Of a stretch of 32,000 nucleotides of DNA, positions 27,783 through 32,000 are shown piece by piece. Within the stretch, counting starts at the first letter, position 1; each line of letters opens with the position of its first letter. The stretch is taken from the NCBI RefSeq assembly GCF_000018465.1, contig NC_010085.1, forward strand, positions 660,001-692,000, read 5' to 3'. Source of the stretch: Nitrosopumilus maritimus SCM1. GTDB lineage: Archaea > Thermoproteota > Nitrososphaeria > Nitrososphaerales > Nitrosopumilaceae. The position numbers and the translations under genes were made by a program. The notes beneath the pieces are model-generated. The model ran no database searches and was not told the DNA's origin. It saw nothing but the letters and a program-made list of their open reading frames with translations.

Positions 27783-27803
27783 TAAGCTACCCTTAGTTAG
27801 GGA

Positions 27804-27813
27804 TTTTAAATAA
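27804..27813 (-). promoter_or_regulatory. TATA-box-like element for the CBS-TrkH gene
   Basis: Minus-strand TTATTTAAAA centred about 26 nt upstream of the ATG, consistent with leaderless archaeal transcription. Confidence 0.5.
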
Positions 27814-27922
27814 TTTGGGGTTACGCTCTAGCATTGATCGTCTAAAAAAAATTAACCTTGTCAAAATGATCAGTAATGATCTCAAAATTTTGCTATCTTT
27901 ATAAGCTCTGGGCGTGAAGTTT

Positions 27923-28366
27923 ATGCGTACAATGGATATCAATCAAGCACAAGAGCCTGATTACGAATCAGTGAAAATTGATTATGTTGGATTTGTTGAC
28001 CCTTATGCTGTAGAAGGTATGGTTATTCTAAAGTCTGATAATGGAAAAGAGTTTCACATGCGCGCCTTTTCTGGTGAGGTTGCAAAACACATCTCAAGCT
28101 TTGGTGATGATACATCTGGCGAATCTGCACCTTCCATCTACAAAATGATTGAAGATATTTGTGAAGAGAATGAATTGGTTCTAGTCAAAGTCAAAATCTA
28201 TGAAAGTGGTGAGGTTTTGCGAGCAAATTTGTACTTTACAGGTAAAAAAGACCTTGTATTGAGAAATTATCGTGCATCTGATGCCCTGGCACTTGCTGCA
28301 TACTATAACATTCCAATTCTTGTTAGAAAGACTCTGTTAAAGGAAAGTATGGAAGCTGAAACCTAA
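27923..28366 (+). CDS. Bifunctional nuclease (DUF151/BFN) family protein
   Basis: Pattern VEGMVILKSDNGKEFHMRAFSGEVAKHI...APSIYKMIEDICEENELVLVKVKIYESGEVLRANLYFTGKKD...RASDALALAAYYNIPILVRKTLL. Track start 27914 (GTG); ATG 27923 sits about 25 nt after CTTTATAA. Confidence 0.88.
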   Translation: MRTMDINQAQEPDYESVKIDYVGFVDPYAVEGMVILKSDNGKEFHMRAFSGEVAKHISSFGDDTSGESAPSIYKMIEDICEENELVLVKVKIYESGEVLRANLYFTGKKDLVLRNYRASDALALAAYYNIPILVRKTLLKESMEAET

Positions 28367-28406
28367 AATTAGAACAGTTTTTCTCCTAGTATGATTGTGG
28401 ATTATT

Positions 28407-28625
28407 ATGAATGAACAAGAACAATTAATGGATAATCTACTAAATGTTGATCTTGAAATTATTGATGTTGTAAGGGAACTTCAACAAGGAAATTGGGAAT
28501 CTGATTCTCATAAAAAACAAGTTGGTGATTTACTACAAATTCGAGATGAGATGGTTCAAAAATTAATGGCAGCAACTGGTACTAATACTCAATGCGATTG
28601 TGGTCATGATCATCATCACGAGTAA
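28407..28625 (+). CDS. Small helical protein with Cys/His-rich C-terminal tail
   Basis: MNEQEQLMDNLLNVDLEIIDVVRELQQGN...NTQCDCGHDHHHE*; ATG 28407 preferred over TTG 28395. Confidence 0.65.
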   Translation: MNEQEQLMDNLLNVDLEIIDVVRELQQGNWESDSHKKQVGDLLQIRDEMVQKLMAATGTNTQCDCGHDHHHE

Positions 28626-28817
28626 CTAGTTTTCAAAGAAATTATCTGGAAACATTTTCTTTATTCTGTTTAACTCTTCTTGATACTTTGTGATTTTAGA
28701 ATCTATTTCTGTAGTGTCTTGAACATCTTCTTTTTGTTTTTGTAATGATTTAATCTGGTTTGAAATAGTTCTATACATTATAGAGTACTCTGGAAATTTT
28801 TCAGGCAATTCTCCCAT
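28626..28817 (-). CDS. Small coiled-coil protein ending RIKKMFPDNFFEN
   Basis: 63-aa ORF abutting the convergent Cys/His-tail gene; resembles ORF 22965..23198. Confidence 0.6.
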   Translation of the reverse strand: MGELPEKFPEYSIMYRTISNQIKSLQKQKEDVQDTTEIDSKITKYQEELNRIKKMFPDNFFEN

Positions 28818-28853
28818 TAGCTAGATTAAATATCGTGCCTACTAATACTCGTT

Positions 28854-29246
28854 ATGAAGATTGCAATATTTCTTGTATTCTTGATTACGTTGGGTGCCAG
28901 TTTTGCTTTTGCTGATCAAGTTACAACTGAAATTCCACCTGATGCAAAAACTCACTATGTTGATGAACAAATAATGATCATGGCTGATATTACAAATAAT
29001 CAAGATGTTCCTCAGAACTTTGCATACTTGACACAAGTAAGAAATGATCAAGATGTTGTAATTTCATTATCTTGGTTAACTGGTTCATTATCTCCAAGAC
29101 AATCATTTTCTCCAGCTCAATCATGGACTCCTGATGAACCTGGAGTATACTACATTCAGGTTTTTGTTTGGGAGAGTATTGATAATCCTGAAGCTTTGTC
29201 TCCTCCACTTGCAATGTCTGTGCATGTGGAGCAAAGAAGTACATAG
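28854..29246 (+). CDS. Secreted protein with a beta-sandwich-like domain
   Basis: 130 aa; signal peptide MKIAIFLVFLITLGASFAFA, then ITNNQDVPQNFAYLTQVRNDQDVVISLSWLTG...WTPDEPGVYYIQVFVWE. Confidence 0.75.
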   Translation: MKIAIFLVFLITLGASFAFADQVTTEIPPDAKTHYVDEQIMIMADITNNQDVPQNFAYLTQVRNDQDVVISLSWLTGSLSPRQSFSPAQSWTPDEPGVYYIQVFVWESIDNPEALSPPLAMSVHVEQRST

Positions 29247-29394
29247 AATTCTGCTTCATAATTCGGCAAACTCATCATCTCTCAGTGATAGCTTAGTTGT
29301 CGGTTAATCATCAGCAAACTGTATTGGTCTCTAATAGTATATTATCATTCATGTATCAGAACCTTTTTGATACAAGTAATCATTTTGAAATCAT

Positions 29395-29643
29395 ATGGTC
29401 AATTTTGAAAAACTCTACAAAAGAGTTGCATTACAAGTAATTGATAGATGTCATGGTGGGATTCGGATAAAAAGACATGGTAGAGTTATTCAGGTTTATG
29501 ATCCAAAACGTCACATCTGGAGTGACGGATTGGTAGGATTAGTAATTAAAGAAGAGTGTAAACTTGCTAATCTTCGAGATTGGGAAATTGCACATGTTAG
29601 AAGGCATATCATTGAAGAACTTCTATCTCGCCCTGATGACTAG
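29395..29643 (+). CDS. Hypothetical protein
   Basis: 82-aa ORF MVNFEKLYKRVALQVIDRCHGGIRIKRHGRVIQVYDPKRHIWSDG... Confidence 0.55.
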   Translation: MVNFEKLYKRVALQVIDRCHGGIRIKRHGRVIQVYDPKRHIWSDGLVGLVIKEECKLANLRDWEIAHVRRHIIEELLSRPDD

Positions 29644-29900
29644 TATGCTACTTTTCTAATCAGGTGCGGCTCTTTGAGCATAATGGTGTCATCTTTTCTA
29701 GAAGACAATTCCACTTGCCTGAGATTCAGATTTGTTACTACAATTAGTGCCTCACAACGAGTACAAAGTATTGTCTTTCCATCAGACCTTTCTTCTCTGA
29801 TGATGTCTCTTTCTAGTCTGTCTTCTTTCTCACAGGTTGGGCAAAGTTTTGGTTCATTTAGAATTGTAATTATCTCTTTGACAAAGATGGTTCTACTCAT
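29640..29900 (-). CDS. Small zinc-ribbon-like protein
   Basis: 86 aa with CPTCEKEDRLERD...GKTILCTRCEALIVVTN (CxxC...CxxC). Confidence 0.65.
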   Translation of the reverse strand: MSRTIFVKEIITILNEPKLCPTCEKEDRLERDIIREERSDGKTILCTRCEALIVVTNLNLRQVELSSRKDDTIMLKEPHLIRKVAY

Positions 29901-30138
29901 GTTGTGATGTTTTTGGTTTGTTGAATAAGAGTTGATTGTTAATTGGCATCAGCAATTCAATTTCAAGTGTCAAACCGTTTTAATCACCTGAAATCAGAAT
30001 GAATGGTATTCAATGTATTCCAATCTAACCAATTAACAAAATTTTATGAAATGTTTTGAAAATATGTTTTTGTTTGTTGATCTATGAAAATTAAATTTTA
30101 CAATATTTTTAGATCATTATTGTAATTTTTCATACTAA

Positions 30139-30150
30139 ATGTTAAATACT
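30139..30150 (+). promoter_or_regulatory. TATA-box-like element upstream of the candidate ncRNA
   Basis: TGTTAAATACTA centred about 26 nt before the predicted RNA 5' end at about 30171. Confidence 0.4.
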
Positions 30151-30170
30151 AAAATTTCCTATAAGAATTG

Positions 30171-30303
30171 ATGTCGTTAGTTACAAAATCTAACGAATAA
30201 ACTGCGTAGCCCCGCAGAACGATAAAGGCACTCAAACATTGTGATGTTTGACCACGAGAGGGAATCTCTCATAGTTCTGCAATTAGGGGGTTGCGCCTTT
30301 TTA
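30171..30303 (+). ncRNA. Candidate structured non-coding RNA of unknown family
   Basis: Hand-paired stems: CGTTAG 30174-30179/CTAACG 30190-30195; GCGTAGCCCC 30204-30213/GGGGTTGCGC 30287-30296 (10 bp, two G-U); GCAGAAC 30214-30220/GTTCTGC 30274-30280; TCAAACAT 30232-30239/ATGTTTGA 30244-30251; GAGAG 30256-30260/CTCTC 30266-30270; then a T-run (CCTTTTT). Locally GC-rich in an AT-rich intergenic region with no ORF. Confidence 0.7.
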
Positions 30304-30337
30304 ATTTCTCAAAAATCTTGGTTACTCGAAAATTTTT

Positions 30338-31429
30338 CTATGTAACTATCTCATCTAGTCTGTCTTCTTCTTGAGCTCGTTTGATTTCCATGGCAATTCT
30401 TCTGCCAACTCCGAATGTTTGTCCGTATTGGTATTTTGTATATGGACTAGTTGTTGCAACAATTGGATTTCCTGGAACACGTAATGATACATCATATACG
30501 ATTAATTCCAAATCTTTTGTGATTACACTTTGAAGTGAGAATGGACCAATAATTCCTGGAGCGTATTCTCTTTTTACTGCATTGACAAACTTGTCTCCCA
30601 TTTTGAGTACTTTTTCTAGTAATGACTCTCTAATACTTGCAGGTGTATGGCCTACCTCAATATTTTGCAAATCTACATCAATGTCAAGTTGTTGTTTTGC
30701 AGGTAATGCATTAAAGTCCATGAGGTTTGTTTGAAGCCTTCTCTCAATTCCAATAAAGTCAACTTGGTCTGAAATTGGAGTGTGGAAGAAATTAAAATTC
30801 ATGTATGTTCCAATTGCCAATTCTTCAATACTTGCTTTTTCTAGATCTTTTCTTGCAATTACTCCTTGTTTGATTTTCTCTTCAGATGTCTTAACATAAT
30901 CTTTGTAAGATGATACTGTGAAAAATGCTCTTTCTAATGGTCTGTTTTTTTCTTGTACTTTGACGATACATGGTTTGTTGATTCTTTTAGGGTCTTTGAA
31001 TAATTTTGGATACTTTATTCTGGCTTTTTCTAAAAGATAGTATTGTCCTTTCTTTGCAGTTCTTTCTTCAGCTTGGAACAACTTTCTATTTCCAAAAATT
31101 GGTACTTTGAAGGAATTTTCAATTGTCTTGTAACCTAGATAGACTGTAAGGGAGCGATGTGGAACAATAATTGTATTTGATTCTCTTAATTCTTTTTGAA
31201 TTTTGGCTGAAGCCATATCCTTGAATTTGTTTAATACTGTAATCTCGTCAGCAATTCTGTTGAATCTCTGGTATGGTCCTTCTCTACCTTTTTGACAAAA
31301 TACTCTGGTCTGAAAATCCTCATCTTTTGCACCATCCATAATCTCAAGTGCAGAGTGGCTCCCAAGAACGCCTATTCTCACATCTGAGTACTCGTTAACA
31401 ATTTTCTTGATCTCAGAACTCTTAATCAC
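30338..31429 (-). CDS. purP: 5-formaminoimidazole-4-carboxamide ribonucleotide synthetase-like, PurP (ATP-grasp)
   Basis: 363 aa: VRIGVLGSHSALEIMDGAKDEDF, AIGTYMNFNFFHTPISDQVDFIGIERR, VKREYAPGIIGPFSLQSVIT, VYDVSLRVPGNP. Confidence 0.93.
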   Translation of the reverse strand: MIKSSEIKKIVNEYSDVRIGVLGSHSALEIMDGAKDEDFQTRVFCQKGREGPYQRFNRIADEITVLNKFKDMASAKIQKELRESNTIIVPHRSLTVYLGYKTIENSFKVPIFGNRKLFQAEERTAKKGQYYLLEKARIKYPKLFKDPKRINKPCIVKVQEKNRPLERAFFTVSSYKDYVKTSEEKIKQGVIARKDLEKASIEELAIGTYMNFNFFHTPISDQVDFIGIERRLQTNLMDFNALPAKQQLDIDVDLQNIEVGHTPASIRESLLEKVLKMGDKFVNAVKREYAPGIIGPFSLQSVITKDLELIVYDVSLRVPGNPIVATTSPYTKYQYGQTFGVGRRIAMEIKRAQEEDRLDEIVT

Positions 31430-31550
31430 ATGATTCCTTGAAATTAGGATCTAATATAGCTAATTTCCATTTTTCAGGATCGCATAGAATCACAAGATTT
31501 TTCTGAATTGTCATTAGAAAATAACTGTGCTGTATCATTTTGAATTGCAA

Positions 31551-31670
31551 ATGGCAGGTGTAATACTACTAACTGCTATGGCTATTGGAGGAATCAGTCT
31601 TTGGTTTAAACGACGAAGAGAGAGAAAAGAGTTTGAGGAATCTTTCAAAAATGATGAGCCTTCTATCTAG
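31551..31670 (+). CDS. 39-aa single-TM mini-protein (putative)
   Basis: Not in the supplied track. MAGVILLTAMAIGGISLWFKRRRERKEFEESFKNDEPSI*: hydrophobic helix followed by KRRRERK positive patch. Confidence 0.5.
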   Translation: MAGVILLTAMAIGGISLWFKRRRERKEFEESFKNDEPSI

Positions 31671-31727
31671 TGCTAAGAACGTCATTTCATCTAATACATA
31701 AAATACTCTGTATTGTAATGTTCTTTA

Positions 31728-32000
31728 TTGAAACTAATCATTGGAATTACTGGTAGCACTGGAGTAATCTATGGAATCCGAATGCTTGAGACTCTGAAAA
31801 AACTAAACATCGATACTCATTTGATAATGTCAGAGTGGGGAGCAAAATGTATTCCAATGGAAACTGAATTTACGGTTGATTATGTAAAATCTCTTGCAAC
31901 CGAAGTCTCTGATGAAAAAAACATGGCTGCTAGTATTTCGAGTGGTACACATAGAATTGATGGGATGATTGTTGCGCCCTGTAGTATGAAGACATTAGCT
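31728..32000 (+). CDS. ubiX: UbiX/Pad1-type flavin prenyltransferase, partial (runs off window)
   Basis: Open frame from TTG 31728 to window end: (M)KLIIGITGSTGVIYGIRMLETLKKLNIDTHLIMSEWGAKCIPMETEF...SISSGTHRIDGMIVAPCSMKTLA; GITGSTG and APCSMKTLA are family motifs. Not in the supplied track. Confidence 0.9.
   Translation, partial: MKLIIGITGSTGVIYGIRMLETLKKLNIDTHLIMSEWGAKCIPMETEFTVDYVKSLATEVSDEKNMAASISSGTHRIDGMIVAPCSMKTLA

Noticed and set aside
28990-29259. Minus-strand ORF of 89 aa (MKQNSMYFFAPHAQTL...).
   Set aside because: Antisense to the signal-peptide-containing ORF 28854..29246, which has clear secreted-protein features.
29250-29320. Possible minus-strand C/D box sRNA: TGATGA (rc of 29308-29313), CTGA (rc of 29282-29285), second TGATGA (rc of 29272-29277).
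   Set aside because: C to D' spacing is about 22 nt rather than about 12, the final D box is only CAGA, and there is no terminal stem. Also overlaps a region just after a coding gene. Not convincing enough to call.
30171-30303. Considered tRNA, 5S rRNA, SRP RNA, RNase P RNA, H/ACA and C/D guide RNA identities for the structured region.
   Set aside because: No T-loop or anticodon arm, no RNase P conserved GAAAGUCC-like core, too short for SRP RNA, no 3' ACA, no C/D box pair. Left as unknown family.
1-32000. Searched by eye for CRISPR arrays, transposase/integrase genes, tRNA T-loop (GTTCGA) with acceptor stems, and rRNA.
   Set aside because: No regularly spaced repeats, no mobile-element proteins, and no T-loop motif in a tRNA-like context were found.

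Overview
The window looks like ordinary core genome of an ammonia-oxidising archaeon (Nitrosopumilus/Nitrosarchaeum-like Nitrososphaeria/Thaumarchaeota). It is AT-rich and densely packed, with many short genes. Genes recognisable from protein sequence: SNF2-type helicase, Fe/Mn superoxide dismutase, FAD-linked (GlcD-type) oxidase, HD-domain protein, membrane-anchored J-domain protein, Lrp/AsnC regulator, TPR proteins, MqnE-like radical SAM enzyme, MTH1187-type thiamine-binding protein, MqnD-like protein, SIS-domain protein, elongation factor 2, O-methyltransferase, DUF5615-type PIN-like protein, CBS-TrkH fusion, bifunctional-nuclease family protein, PurP and the start of a UbiX-type flavin prenyltransferase. 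I see no CRISPR array, transposase, tRNA or rRNA. The most interesting signal is an ORF-free stretch at about 30171-30303 (+). It folds by eye into a nested multi-stem RNA: 5' hairpin, 10-bp closing stem with two G-U pairs, 7-bp inner stem, and two hairpins of 8 bp and 5 bp. It has a TATA-like element at the expected distance upstream and a U-run at its 3' end, so it is a good candidate for an undescribed structured ncRNA. I also decoded five short ORFs missing from the supplied track; four encode Cys/His-rich (probable zinc-binding) mini-proteins and one a putative membrane mini-protein. All calls come from reading the sequence; no database search was run.
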